DNA from: Bradymonadales bacterium
GTDB taxonomy: Bacteria > Bdellovibrionota > UBA2394
Direction: 5' to 3'
DNA length: 20,000 nucleotides
Assembly (NCBI GenBank): GCA_007693605.1
Contig: REDG01000024.1
Span: 126,124 to 146,123 of the forward strand
The notes beneath the pieces were generated by a model that saw only the letters and a list, made by a program, of their open reading frames with translations, was not told where the DNA came from and did not search any database. The position numbers were made by a program, and so were the translations under genes. This document shows positions 6,654 through 15,945 of this stretch, one piece after another; within the stretch, counting starts at the first letter, position 1; every line of letters starts with the position of its first letter.

Positions 6654-8720
6654 ATGCGTTACGATACTCTGCGGCCTATGCACAAAACATCCCAAAGAGG
6701 CTTTGCTCTAGGGATTGTCATCATGACGATCGTCTTGAGTCTCTCTCTGGCTCTCGTTTACTTGAATCGTTCTCACCTTCAACTTTCTATCTCTGGCATC
6801 CACTCTGACAGTGTGATTGCAAACTTTCAAATGGAAGCCGCCTATGAAGAGGCAAGAAACTTTCTAGAGATCGCCGTTGAAGACATCCGAATGGATGGGG
6901 CCTTCCAGCTACACCCCTCCACTCCTAGTACCGACTCAATTTCAAACCTGAATGCTGTTTACGGAGGATCTCCAGCCGCCGCATTGAACTTTCTTCGACA
7001 TGCGGTCGAATCCCAGTCGATTGATACATCTGGAGTCATGGATCCAACTCACCCCCATTTTGATTTTGATACGGCCTTCAGTTCAGATTGGACCCCTTTC
7101 AATACTCAAGATGCCATCATGGAGAGGCGCTACTCCTTTGAAGCCAGAGCGCCTATTGTTGAAACTTTTGGTGGAAATCCAAGCATCTTTTTTCAATATG
7201 ATTACACCCTAGAAGTTCGTGCTTACGGAACAAGCCATTTCTCTCAAGCCGCTTCTCAAGAAAAGGGGGTGATCTCCATTCTTCTCTCACGAGCACCCTT
7301 CTCTCGGTTTGCTCTGTTTCGATCACAGAACCGAAACCAAGACGGCAATATTTTGGTCTTTGCGGGGGGAGACACCTCGGCCCAAATTCAGGAGGTCTTC
7401 TCGGGCCCTGTTCACCTGAATCAATCGCCTATCTTTTACGGGGCGCCTGTCTTTTTGGATGTCTTCACCTCTGGTGCTGCTCAATCGAGCTGGCAACAGA
7501 TGTCCGTCTCTGGATACTCAGGAACCGCCGTCTTTCACAATCAAGCGCTGGGAGATCAAGAGACCATGGAGCTCCCAACGGAGGTGAACAATGTGATTCG
7601 ACTTGCGGTCGGAGATTCCTCACCAAATGCCGCCTTTGACAACACTCCTCTGAGCAGCGGAGAACTGGTCAACTTTCTTAGAGAGACTCCCGGCTACACT
7701 CTGCCAGGAAGCGCAATAAGCATCCCGCCAGGTGTTCACATTCCAGTGAGTGACCAAACTAACCTGGTGCCGAAGGGGGGCGTCTATATTGAAGGGGACA
7801 GCAATGTAAGACTGAATGTCGTTCAGGGTGAAAGTGACTTTGCTCCTGAGCGCTGGGCTCAGATTTCTTCGAGCGACCAAGCCTGCAAGTTTCAGAAGAT
7901 GCTGATTGAACACCATGATGATGTGAGTCTCAGTCGCGAAATTTACATTGCGGATGAACCCTGTAACTCAACTTATGTTTTCACTCCCGACCCCACCGCA
8001 TTGCCCCATGTGTTGGCGGGACGAATCAACGGCAATGTTCACGCCAATGGAAAAATCGATCAGCTCGGGGGCGAGTCTCGGACCAGACCCGCGATCGCCA
8101 CAGACTTTGGCTTTACGGTCTCCGCAAAAAAAGAAGTTCGAATTGTGAATGACATACAGTACGAAGACTCCTTTTATCACTCGATGGATTCTGATGGAAA
8201 TGTCAGCTACGCTCCCGTCGCAACTCCTTGGGGTGACATCGACGGATCGGGCATCCATCCAACCGATCAAAATGTACTCCCAAAGATTAACTCTGAATCT
8301 AAGACGGTCTTGGGGATCCTCTCGACTCACAAAAATGTACTTTTGCATATCGATGCCCCCGCGAACTTAAATCTTCATGCCGCCATCTTTGCAGGAAATC
8401 CGAATCACTACGACTCAAGCACTGACCTTGGCTGTGGAGCAAACCACGCCAATCAGAGGGGCTGCGGCTTTGGAAACGAAGGTTGGAACACCAATACCGG
8501 CATGGGAAGCTTCAAGTTCTTGGGCAGCATTTCTGAATATCGCTCGCAATCGATGGGTAGAACTTCAAACCCTCCAACGGGCTATCAGCGCCGCCTCGCT
8601 TACGATCAACGCTTTCTAGAGGATCTTGTGCCGCCCGCCTATCCCCTCTCAGAGAGCCTTCAAGCTTTTTCTCGTGTGGAAAGATTTCGAGCCTGGCGGC
8701 TGGTTCAGGCAGAAGATTGA
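6654..8720 (+). CDS. Large PilX-like type IV minor pilin / pilus-tip protein (possibly DUF4900-like)
   Basis: Class III prepilin-type leader SQRG|FALGIVIMTIVLSLSLALVYL with no Glu at +5, as in PilX/GspK. Followed by PilX-like AAYEEA. FSRFALF...FSGPVHLN...FYGAPVF and C-terminal FLGSISE...GYQRRLAYDQRF...PPAYP resemble large PilX-like proteins as I recall them. Alternative start ATG 6678. Confidence 0.7.
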   Translation: MRYDTLRPMHKTSQRGFALGIVIMTIVLSLSLALVYLNRSHLQLSISGIHSDSVIANFQMEAAYEEARNFLEIAVEDIRMDGAFQLHPSTPSTDSISNLNAVYGGSPAAALNFLRHAVESQSIDTSGVMDPTHPHFDFDTAFSSDWTPFNTQDAIMERRYSFEARAPIVETFGGNPSIFFQYDYTLEVRAYGTSHFSQAASQEKGVISILLSRAPFSRFALFRSQNRNQDGNILVFAGGDTSAQIQEVFSGPVHLNQSPIFYGAPVFLDVFTSGAAQSSWQQMSVSGYSGTAVFHNQALGDQETMELPTEVNNVIRLAVGDSSPNAAFDNTPLSSGELVNFLRETPGYTLPGSAISIPPGVHIPVSDQTNLVPKGGVYIEGDSNVRLNVVQGESDFAPERWAQISSSDQACKFQKMLIEHHDDVSLSREIYIADEPCNSTYVFTPDPTALPHVLAGRINGNVHANGKIDQLGGESRTRPAIATDFGFTVSAKKEVRIVNDIQYEDSFYHSMDSDGNVSYAPVATPWGDIDGSGIHPTDQNVLPKINSESKTVLGILSTHKNVLLHIDAPANLNLHAAIFAGNPNHYDSSTDLGCGANHANQRGCGFGNEGWNTNTGMGSFKFLGSISEYRSQSMGRTSNPPTGYQRRLAYDQRFLEDLVPPAYPLSESLQAFSRVERFRAWRLVQAED

Positions 8721-9496
8721 ATGCTGTGAAAGCGAAGATGCTTTACCGACTCTCCGGAATCTCTCAACTCCGCTAGAGAGTCCACTCCAATTCTCAGGTG
8801 GAGGTCTACGAACTTCCGATTTACCTGGTTGTCCGTCTCTGCCGTCTTCACGCCCTCTGGAATCATGGGATTATCAGAAACCAACAAAAGGGCGCCTCGG
8901 GGAATCTTGTTGATAAAGCCAACGGTAAAAACAGTGGCCGTCTCCATATCGATGGCCATCGCTCGAATCTTCTTTAAGTAATCCTTAAAACTCTTATCGT
9001 GCTCCCAAACTCGTCGGTTCGTCGTGTACACCACCCCGGTTCGATAGTCTCTCTCGTGTTTTCGAATCGTCGCTGACACCGCCATCTGAAGCCGAAAGCT
9101 TGGCAGAGCAGGAACTTCTGCTGGCAGATACCACTCGCCCGTTCCCTCTCCTCGAATCGCAGCGATTGGCAAAACCAAGTCCCCCAGTTTCGTCTCCTTC
9201 TTAAGGCCCCCACACTTTCCAAGAAACAGCACTGCTTTGGGCTGAATTGCGGAAAGCAAATCCATCACAGTGGCCGCCATGGCACTCCCCATCCCAAAGT
9301 TAATGATCGAAATGTCATTTGCTGTCGCCACCTGCATGGGCTTTGATTGGCCCCTCACTTTCACCCGATGCAGTTTTGCAAACAAGTCCACATATCGAGA
9401 GAAATTCGTAAGCAAGATATGCCGACCGAAGTCCTTAAGGGGAGTGTCGGTGTATCGCGGAAGCCAGTTTCTTACAATCTCGTCTTTCGATTTCAA
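8705..9496 (-). CDS. amn: AMP nucleosidase (short PNP/UDP phosphorylase-fold type)
   Basis: KSKDEIVRNWLPRYT, ILLTNF, INFGMGS..AAT.MDLL, LFLGKCGGL, AAIRGEGT, YTTNRRVWE, AIDMETAT, ALLLVSD. Likely start TTG 9496, overlapping the upstream stop (TTGA). Its 3' end overlaps the convergent pilin-like gene by 16 nt. Confidence 0.9.
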   Translation of the reverse strand: MKSKDEIVRNWLPRYTDTPLKDFGRHILLTNFSRYVDLFAKLHRVKVRGQSKPMQVATANDISIINFGMGSAMAATVMDLLSAIQPKAVLFLGKCGGLKKETKLGDLVLPIAAIRGEGTGEWYLPAEVPALPSFRLQMAVSATIRKHERDYRTGVVYTTNRRVWEHDKSFKDYLKKIRAMAIDMETATVFTVGFINKIPRGALLLVSDNPMIPEGVKTAETDNQVNRKFVDLHLRIGVDSLAELRDSGESVKHLRFHSIQSSA

Positions 9497-10299
9497 GAGC
9501 CACCCCCCCAATGAGTGCTTTCAAAAATTTTGTCTGCCGACTTCTCAACAAAGCCTTGATACAGCTTTCCATCCGGCATCGGATAGCGCTTTGCAAACTC
9601 ATAATAGCAGGAGGGAATCTCAAATCGCCCCTCTTCAAACTCCAGCTCAATCCGAGCGGCATTGGTTGAGGACTGCTCCAAATAATCAGATTCTCCCCCC
9701 TTAATTTCCCCCCCACTGGAGTTCAGAGAAAAGCCTTGATCTTTCAAGAACTGATTCAGCCCCTCAAGGCTTGAAAAGCTCTCAAGCGCATTTACATTGA
9801 CGGTAAAATGGTTCACCCGAAATCCAAAGGCTGACATCCACGCAGCGTATTCGCTCTCTTTCATTAGTTCTTGATACTCTGAGTACTTGACCTTCCATGG
9901 CCTTCCAGACACACAAAAATCTTTAGTTTCCGTCAGGCCCGGGGGAATCTCCGAAACAAGTCGTCGAATGATCGTCTGAGTCTTTTCAGAAAGTTGATCA
10001 ACCAGGAGTTCACTAATGAAGATCTTGGGTTGACCCCTTTCTTGATGTTCATAGTGCTTCGCAAACAATTTCTTCTGCTTAAACTGATATTCGCCCTTAG
10101 ACTGATAGCCTAAATCCACGAAGATTTTCTCGAAAGCCGTAATCCCCACCTGGCTCACCCCAAAGGTTCTAAAGGCAATATGGTCGTTTACAATCTTCTC
10201 GGACCGAGACTCTAAAAGTTGATGAATTTTCACCGCTTGTGGATTAAGGCGCGCAAAATCCTCCCAAAGTTTCAACAACAAGCTCTCCAGTTCTTTCAT
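9493..10299 (-). CDS. DUF1338 / HglS-like 2-oxoadipate dioxygenase-decarboxylase (D-2-hydroxyglutarate synthase), VOC fold
   Basis: Putative metal-ligand motifs NDHIAFRTF, NHFTV and YYEFAKR. Also PKIFISEL, ESEYAAW, LEQSST and C-terminal GF...ADKIFEST. SD AGGAG upstream. Confidence 0.85.
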   Translation of the reverse strand: MKELESLLLKLWEDFARLNPQAVKIHQLLESRSEKIVNDHIAFRTFGVSQVGITAFEKIFVDLGYQSKGEYQFKQKKLFAKHYEHQERGQPKIFISELLVDQLSEKTQTIIRRLVSEIPPGLTETKDFCVSGRPWKVKYSEYQELMKESEYAAWMSAFGFRVNHFTVNVNALESFSSLEGLNQFLKDQGFSLNSSGGEIKGGESDYLEQSSTNAARIELEFEEGRFEIPSCYYEFAKRYPMPDGKLYQGFVEKSADKIFESTHWGGGS

Positions 10300-10353
10300 G
10301 GAATTCTTCTCCTTCTTGTCTTAAGCTATAGGATAGGTTGAGGTGTTGAACAA

Positions 10354-11745
10354 GTGAGTTCCCAAGACAAAGTCGAGAAGGCTCTTCTGCAGGTTTTTGA
10401 TACAAGCGACATTCGGCTCGACCCAGCGAGCCTACAGATTTACGCAAAGGACTGGACGACCTATTACCAGCCAAAAGCCTCCGCCGTGGTTTTTCCAAGA
10501 GAGAGCGCTCAAATCGAAGATCTTGTTCGACTCTGCCAGAAGAACCGTTGGAAGCTCGTCCCATCGGGGGGCAGAACCGGATTGAGCGGAGGAGCGGTCG
10601 CCAAAGACGCTGAGATCGTCTTGAGCTTCGAAAAAATGAATAAGATTTTAGATTTTTACGAAGGGGATGCTCAGATTCGATGCCAGGCTGGAGTTGTCAC
10701 TCAAGTCATACAAGACTTCGCATCAGAGAAAGGTCTCTTCTATCCCGTTGATTTTTCAAGCTCGGGCTCTAGCATGATTGGAGGCAATATCGCCACCAAC
10801 GCTGGGGGAATCCGTGTCCTGAAATACGGAAACACCAGAAACTGGGTGACAGGCTTAGAGGTGGTTACCGGTCAACCCAAAAGACTTCAACTCAACAACG
10901 GGCTTTTAAAAAATGCGACAGGCTACGATTTTCGGCATCTTTTTATCGGAAGCGAAGGAAGTTTAGGCGCGATCACAGAAGCCCAGCTCCAACTCACCAG
11001 GAGACCTCTCAGCCAAACTGTGGCGCTTCTTGCGGTGGCTTCTTGGGAAGACATCTTAGAGATTTTCAAGCTAGCTAAAAAATCAATCGACTTGAGCGCA
11101 TTTGAGGTGATCTCAGAGCTTGCCATTGAAAAACTTTGCTCCGCCTCAAAAATCCCAAAGCCCTTGCAAACAAATCCTAAGCTTTATCTTTTGATGGAGA
11201 CCGAGTCGTATCAAAGTGAATCGACGCCCGCACTTGAGAGTTTCTTAGACGAAATTCTGACCCACGAGCTCGCATCAGACGGTAGCCTTTCGCAAAATTC
11301 TCAACAGGCTGCAGAGCTTTGGAGTTATCGAGAGAATATTTCTGAGAGTCTCGCGCCCTACAAACCCTATAAGAACGATGTCGCCGTAAGGCCCTCTCAA
11401 ATTCCAAGCTTTGTCAGGGACCTTGAGCAGCTCGTGAAAGAACGATACGGAGGGCTTGAAGTGGTGTGGTTTGGTCATGTGGGGGACGGAAACCTCCATG
11501 TGAATATTCTAAAGCCAGATTCGTACTCAATCGAAGAATTTGTGGAGCTTTGTCGAAAGCTTGACTCAGAACACTTCAAGATCATCTCAAAATACCGAGG
11601 CTCGATTTCTGCCGAGCATGGCGTCGGCCTAAGCAAGAGGGACTTCTTGCACTTTTCCAGGTCTTCGGAAGAGATTCAGTATATGCGAGAGATTAAGAAA
11701 ATTTTCGATCCTTTTGAGATATTTAATCCTGGAAAGATATTCTGA
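10354..11745 (+). CDS. FAD-linked oxidoreductase, D-2-hydroxyglutarate dehydrogenase / GlcD-like
   Basis: PSGGRTGLSGGA, IGGNIATNAGG, KNATGYD...FIGSEGSLG, FGHVGDGNLHVN, ISAEHGVG, FNPGKIF (FAD_binding_4 plus FAD-oxidase_C). GTG start with GAGG SD. Adjacent to serA, as for Pseudomonas D2HGDH. Confidence 0.85.
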   Translation: MSSQDKVEKALLQVFDTSDIRLDPASLQIYAKDWTTYYQPKASAVVFPRESAQIEDLVRLCQKNRWKLVPSGGRTGLSGGAVAKDAEIVLSFEKMNKILDFYEGDAQIRCQAGVVTQVIQDFASEKGLFYPVDFSSSGSSMIGGNIATNAGGIRVLKYGNTRNWVTGLEVVTGQPKRLQLNNGLLKNATGYDFRHLFIGSEGSLGAITEAQLQLTRRPLSQTVALLAVASWEDILEIFKLAKKSIDLSAFEVISELAIEKLCSASKIPKPLQTNPKLYLLMETESYQSESTPALESFLDEILTHELASDGSLSQNSQQAAELWSYRENISESLAPYKPYKNDVAVRPSQIPSFVRDLEQLVKERYGGLEVVWFGHVGDGNLHVNILKPDSYSIEEFVELCRKLDSEHFKIISKYRGSISAEHGVGLSKRDFLHFSRSSEEIQYMREIKKIFDPFEIFNPGKIF

Positions 11746-11767
11746 ACAATCGTCTCTGTAGATTCAC

Positions 11768-12979
11768 TTAAAACAGAATTCTTGTTTTAATGCTCGCCGG
11801 AAGCGCTGAGACTCGATTCTTCACCTCAGCAGATACCGCCTTATCAAGATCAACAATCAAATAGCCAATGGCCGGATCGGTCGCAAGGTACTGACTTTCA
11901 ATGTTTGCCCCGACTTCTGAGATAATCCCCGTGATTTCAGCGAGAACCCCCGGCACATTCTTATGCACATTCAAAACCCTATGACAATCCGACTGGATCG
12001 GAAGATCCACCTTTGGAAAATTCACAGCCATCGAGCTGCTGCCGTTTGCGACAAACTGCAGCAAACTTGTGGCCACTTCAACTCCGATATTCTTCTGCGC
12101 CTCCTCGGTACTCCCTCCTATGTGGGGAGTGAGAATGACATTGGGAATGTTTTGAAGCGGATTCTTGAACTCACTCACACTTCCCTCAGGCTCCTCCGGA
12201 AAAACATCAATGGCTGCTCCCTCTAAATGCCTACTCTTCAAAGCGTTGGCCAAAGCTTCAAGGTCGACAACGCTGCCTCGACTCGCATTCAGAAGATAGG
12301 AACCCTTCTTCATCAACTTTAATCGGTCATGAGAAATCATGTTCTTGGTAGACTCTGTCTCTGGCACATGAAAGCTCACAAAGTCGCTCAACTTCAACAG
12401 CTCTTCGAGAGTTTCAGTAGGGCGGCAGTTTCCAATGGGCATCTTAGCGGCGATGTCATAATAGAAAACACGCATACCTAAGTCTTCAGCTAGAATGCCA
12501 AGCTGAGAGCCGATGTGGCCGTAACCCACAATTCCCAATGTTTTTCCTCTCACCTCAAAACAGGCGCTTGCCGACTTTTCCCAGCGACCTTGATGTAACA
12601 GAGCGCTTCGATGAGCCACTTTTCGAGACAACATCACGATTTCAGCAACCACCAGCTCGGCGACCGACCGAGTGTTCGCATAGGGCGCATTGAAAACAGG
12701 ACAGCCCTTTAGTCTCGCGGCACTAATGTCCACCTGATTTGTGCCGATACAAAAACAACCCACTACCAAAAGCTCTGGAGCTAAATCTAAAACTTCTTTT
12801 GTAATCTGAGTTTTTGAGCGAATTCCTAAAACATGAACCCCCTTCAATTCCTCCTTCAAGCTTTCTTTGGAGCCCGCTTTTGACAGGCACTTCACATCGA
12901 TGGACTGCGCCCTAAGAATCTCTTCTGCAACTGGATGAATATTCTCTAGAAGCAGGGCTTTGATTGGAAATTCAGGCAC
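11768..12979 (-). CDS. serA: D-3-phosphoglycerate dehydrogenase (E. coli-type, with C-terminal ACT domain)
   Basis: ALLLENIHP, GIRSKT, GCFCIGTNQVD, FNAPYANTRSVAEL, GIVGYGHIG, NASRG, DVFPEEP, TPHIGGSTEEAQ, ACT motif HKNVPGVL. Confidence 0.95.
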   Translation of the reverse strand: MPEFPIKALLLENIHPVAEEILRAQSIDVKCLSKAGSKESLKEELKGVHVLGIRSKTQITKEVLDLAPELLVVGCFCIGTNQVDISAARLKGCPVFNAPYANTRSVAELVVAEIVMLSRKVAHRSALLHQGRWEKSASACFEVRGKTLGIVGYGHIGSQLGILAEDLGMRVFYYDIAAKMPIGNCRPTETLEELLKLSDFVSFHVPETESTKNMISHDRLKLMKKGSYLLNASRGSVVDLEALANALKSRHLEGAAIDVFPEEPEGSVSEFKNPLQNIPNVILTPHIGGSTEEAQKNIGVEVATSLLQFVANGSSSMAVNFPKVDLPIQSDCHRVLNVHKNVPGVLAEITGIISEVGANIESQYLATDPAIGYLIVDLDKAVSAEVKNRVSALPASIKTRILF

Positions 12980-13063
12980 GCCTCATTATCTCGAAGTTTC
13001 ACTGAAAATCGAGAAGAAGTTTCCATCAAATCGAAAAACACTGGGCCATAGTTGACTACGAAC

Positions 13064-14440
13064 TCAGTTCGAATGAATCGACAAAAGCTTAACATTTGAA
13101 AATTCTGCAAAAGCCTCCTGGCCCAATTCCCGACCAAACCCGCTCTCTTTGACTCCCCCAAACGGTAGTCCTGGCTGAGACCGCAGAAAATCATTAATCG
13201 CCACCATTCCCACCTCGAGTTCGTCTCGGGCTAAGTTCTTTGCTCTCTCGATATCTCGACTGAAAATGGCACTCCCCAAACCAAACTTCGACTGATTCGC
13301 CAATTCGATCACTTCAGAGTCGGAACGAGCTTTGATCAGAGAAGCAACGGGCCCAAAGACTTCATCATCAAATGCGGGCATTCCTGGCCTCACATTCTCG
13401 ATGACTTTCGAGGGATAAAAGAATCCACGATCAAAGCGATCGTCAGACGCCCAAACGAGCTTCGCTCCCAAGCCCATACTCTTTTCGATCTGCACTTGAA
13501 TTTGTTCCCTCAAATCCGATCGAGCCAAAGGCCCCAAATTTACCGATTCATCGAGAGGGTCCCCCATCTTATAGTTCTGAAACTCTTCAATTAGATGGCT
13601 TTTGAACTCTTCATACACAGACTCGTGAATGATGAATCGCTTGGCCGAGACGCAGGATTGGCCGGTGTTTGTTAGTCGACTCATGGCACAGGCTTTTGCG
13701 GCAGCTTTGAGTTCAGCGTCTTCAAGAATCAAGTAAGGATCACTTCCGCCAAGCTCGAGTAAGGTCTTTTTCAGATGCTCGCCGGCAAGTTTTGCGACGG
13801 CACTTCCGGCCCGTCCACTTCCGGTCAGGCTCACCGCGCGAATTCGAGAGTCCCCAATCAATTCAGGTATTCTCTCTCGGCCCAGAATTAGACTCTGGTA
13901 CAGTCCTGGGCCAAAGGATTTCAAAAAAATGGATTCTAACAAAAGAGCTGTTCCACAAACAGACTCTGCGTGCTTAACAAGAATGCTGTTGCCCAAGACA
14001 AGATTGGGAATGCTAAATCGAAGCACCTGCCAAACTGGAAAGTTCCAGGGCATAATCCCCAAGAGCGGCCCCAGGGGTCTTAGATGAATCTCTGCCTTGT
14101 GAGAAGAAAAGTCTAAGAGCCTAGGCGCCAAGGCGTCCTCTGAAATCTTCAGATAGTACTCACACAGACGCCTCGACTTCTCTAGTTCTGCCTGACTCTG
14201 CTTGATGGGCTTACCCATTTCTAGGCTTAGCTTTCGGGCGAGACTCTGCTCAGCTCGACCCAACTCTTGCCCAAAGTTTTTAAGACACTCTAGTCGCCCC
14301 TCTAAGGATTGCCGAGCCCAATCTTTCTGAGCTTTAAGACTTTTGCAGAGCCTTGCTTCCACTTCAACCGTCGAGTGTTCGCTAAAGCTCTCTAAAACTT
14401 CCTCGGTGGCCGGGTTTATGCTTTCAAATTTGCCTGACAT
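13064..14440 (-). CDS. NAD(P)-dependent succinate-semialdehyde dehydrogenase family aldehyde dehydrogenase (Sad/GabD1-like)
   Basis: SINPAT, EMGKPI, IMPWNFP.WQV.RF, VKHA, LTGS, LELGGSDP, catalytic GQSC, EVFGPV, PFGGVKESGFGRELG. Exact substrate not determinable from sequence. Confidence 0.88.
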   Translation of the reverse strand: MSGKFESINPATEEVLESFSEHSTVEVEARLCKSLKAQKDWARQSLEGRLECLKNFGQELGRAEQSLARKLSLEMGKPIKQSQAELEKSRRLCEYYLKISEDALAPRLLDFSSHKAEIHLRPLGPLLGIMPWNFPVWQVLRFSIPNLVLGNSILVKHAESVCGTALLLESIFLKSFGPGLYQSLILGRERIPELIGDSRIRAVSLTGSGRAGSAVAKLAGEHLKKTLLELGGSDPYLILEDAELKAAAKACAMSRLTNTGQSCVSAKRFIIHESVYEEFKSHLIEEFQNYKMGDPLDESVNLGPLARSDLREQIQVQIEKSMGLGAKLVWASDDRFDRGFFYPSKVIENVRPGMPAFDDEVFGPVASLIKARSDSEVIELANQSKFGLGSAIFSRDIERAKNLARDELEVGMVAINDFLRSQPGLPFGGVKESGFGRELGQEAFAEFSNVKLLSIHSN

Positions 14441-14446
14441 GCCCCG

Positions 14447-14475
14447 GCGCTAACCCTCTAGTCGGTCAGTGTCAA
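14447..14475 (-). promoter_or_regulatory. Possible sigma70 promoter for the aldehyde dehydrogenase gene
   Basis: Minus strand: perfect TTGACA, 17 nt, weak -10 TAGCGC, 6 nt, ATG 14440. Confidence 0.25.
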
Positions 14476-14523
14476 GATTCCTCTTTGGACAAGGCCTCTT
14501 TCAAGATATTCTGATGGTCTGGC

Positions 14524-15000
14524 ATGGGGAAAAGAAAAAAAATTCGTTCTGACAGCTTGCGAGAAATTGGTTGGCGTGAGTGGATTCAGCTTCCCGATCT
14601 TACAAAACACCCGATAAAGGTAAAGGTGGATACTGGGGCCCAGACCTCTGCCCTCCATGCCACTCAAATTAAGATCCTAAAGAAGGGAACTAAGCGATTT
14701 GTCTCTTTTGTCATTCAGCCAGGGCACAAAAGACCCCTTCCGGCCATTCGGGTCAAGGCTGAGCTGGTGGAGAAGCGGCATGTTCGAAGCTCCACCGGAG
14801 ATCGCACGCACCGACCTGTCATCAAGACCAGAATCGGATTGAATGGGGGCTTTCGTGAGATTGAACTCACCCTCGTCAATCGAGATATGATGGGCTTTCG
14901 GATGCTTTTAGGGCGGCAGGCTTTGAGAAACTACTTCTTGGTTAACCCGGCTCGCAGCTACCTCTTAAGCCGAACTAAAAAACCACGAAAAAGCCCGTGA
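14524..15000 (+). CDS. RimK-associated retropepsin-like protease (Zn_protease / Pseudomonas RimB-like)
   Basis: IGWREWI.LP, KVDTGA.TSALHA, R.VRSS.G, RPVI, ELTL..R..MGFRMLLGR. Lies directly upstream of rimK. Confidence 0.88.
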   Translation: MGKRKKIRSDSLREIGWREWIQLPDLTKHPIKVKVDTGAQTSALHATQIKILKKGTKRFVSFVIQPGHKRPLPAIRVKAELVEKRHVRSSTGDRTHRPVIKTRIGLNGGFREIELTLVNRDMMGFRMLLGRQALRNYFLVNPARSYLLSRTKKPRKSP

Positions 15001-15039
15001 CAAAGCTTTTGTGATCGCCAAAACAGGGGCCATCTTTCT

Positions 15040-15945
15040 ATGAAAATTTGTATTCTTTCTCGAAGACCCTCTCTTTACTCGACTCAACGCTTGGTGGAGT
15101 CCGCCCGAGAGCGGGGTCACGATGTGATTGTTGTCGATCCATTGAAGTGTCATATGAATATCACCTCTTCAAAGCCAGCGGTTCATTTTGGTGACCAGAT
15201 TTTGGATGATATTGATGCCGTCATTCCTAGAATCGGAGCCTCGATCACATTTTATGGCACCGCTGTATTGAGACAATTTGAGATGATGGGGGTATTCTGT
15301 GTAAACGAGTCAGTTGCCATCACGCGCTCTCGAGACAAGCTTCGAGCCCTTCAGATTTTCTCAAGAAAGGGAATTGGAATGCCCATCTCTAGCTTTGCTC
15401 ACTCTACAAAGATGACGAAAGACTTGATTAAAATGGTGGGGGGCGCTCCCTTGGTTATAAAACTTCTTGAGGGAACTCAAGGGAGGGGAGTTGTTTTGGC
15501 TGAAACAGCAAAGGCCGCCGAGAGTGTGATCGACGCCTTTCGAGGAATGGATGCTCACTTCCTGGTACAGGCTTTTGTAAAGGAAAGCTCTGGAGAAGAC
15601 ATTCGGTGTCTCGTGATCGGAGACAAGTGTGTCGCCGCCATGATGCGCACAGCAAAGGAAGGAGAGTTTCGATCGAATCTTCACCTTGGCGCCACAGCTC
15701 GACCCGTCAAGATTACCCCAACCGAAAGAAAGGAAGCGGTTCGAGCCGCTCGCGCACTTGGTTTGAATGTTGCAGGAGTCGATTTGATGCGTGGAAAATC
15801 TGGCCCCCTCGTCATCGAGGTGAACTCCTCGCCAGGACTGAAAGGCATTGAAAATTGTACTCACAAGAATGTCGCGGGCATGATCGTCGAATTCATCGAA
15901 AAGAATCTCGAGAACTCAAGCAATCGCACCCGCGGTAAAGGTTAA
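15040..15945 (+). CDS. rimK: 30S ribosomal protein S6--L-glutamate ligase (ATP-grasp)
   Basis: MKI.ILSR...[67 protein letters not shown]. 301 aa. Confidence 0.95.
   Translation: MKICILSRRPSLYSTQRLVESARERGHDVIVVDPLKCHMNITSSKPAVHFGDQILDDIDAVIPRIGASITFYGTAVLRQFEMMGVFCVNESVAITRSRDKLRALQIFSRKGIGMPISSFAHSTKMTKDLIKMVGGAPLVIKLLEGTQGRGVVLAETAKAAESVIDAFRGMDAHFLVQAFVKESSGEDIRCLVIGDKCVAAMMRTAKEGEFRSNLHLGATARPVKITPTERKEAVRAARALGLNVAGVDLMRGKSGPLVIEVNSSPGLKGIENCTHKNVAGMIVEFIEKNLENSSNRTRGKG

Noticed and set aside
9497..9511. ORF-track N-terminal extension MGGWL of AMP nucleosidase
   Set aside because: Family similarity begins at (M)KSKDEIV, and the TTGA overlap start at 9496 is more plausible.
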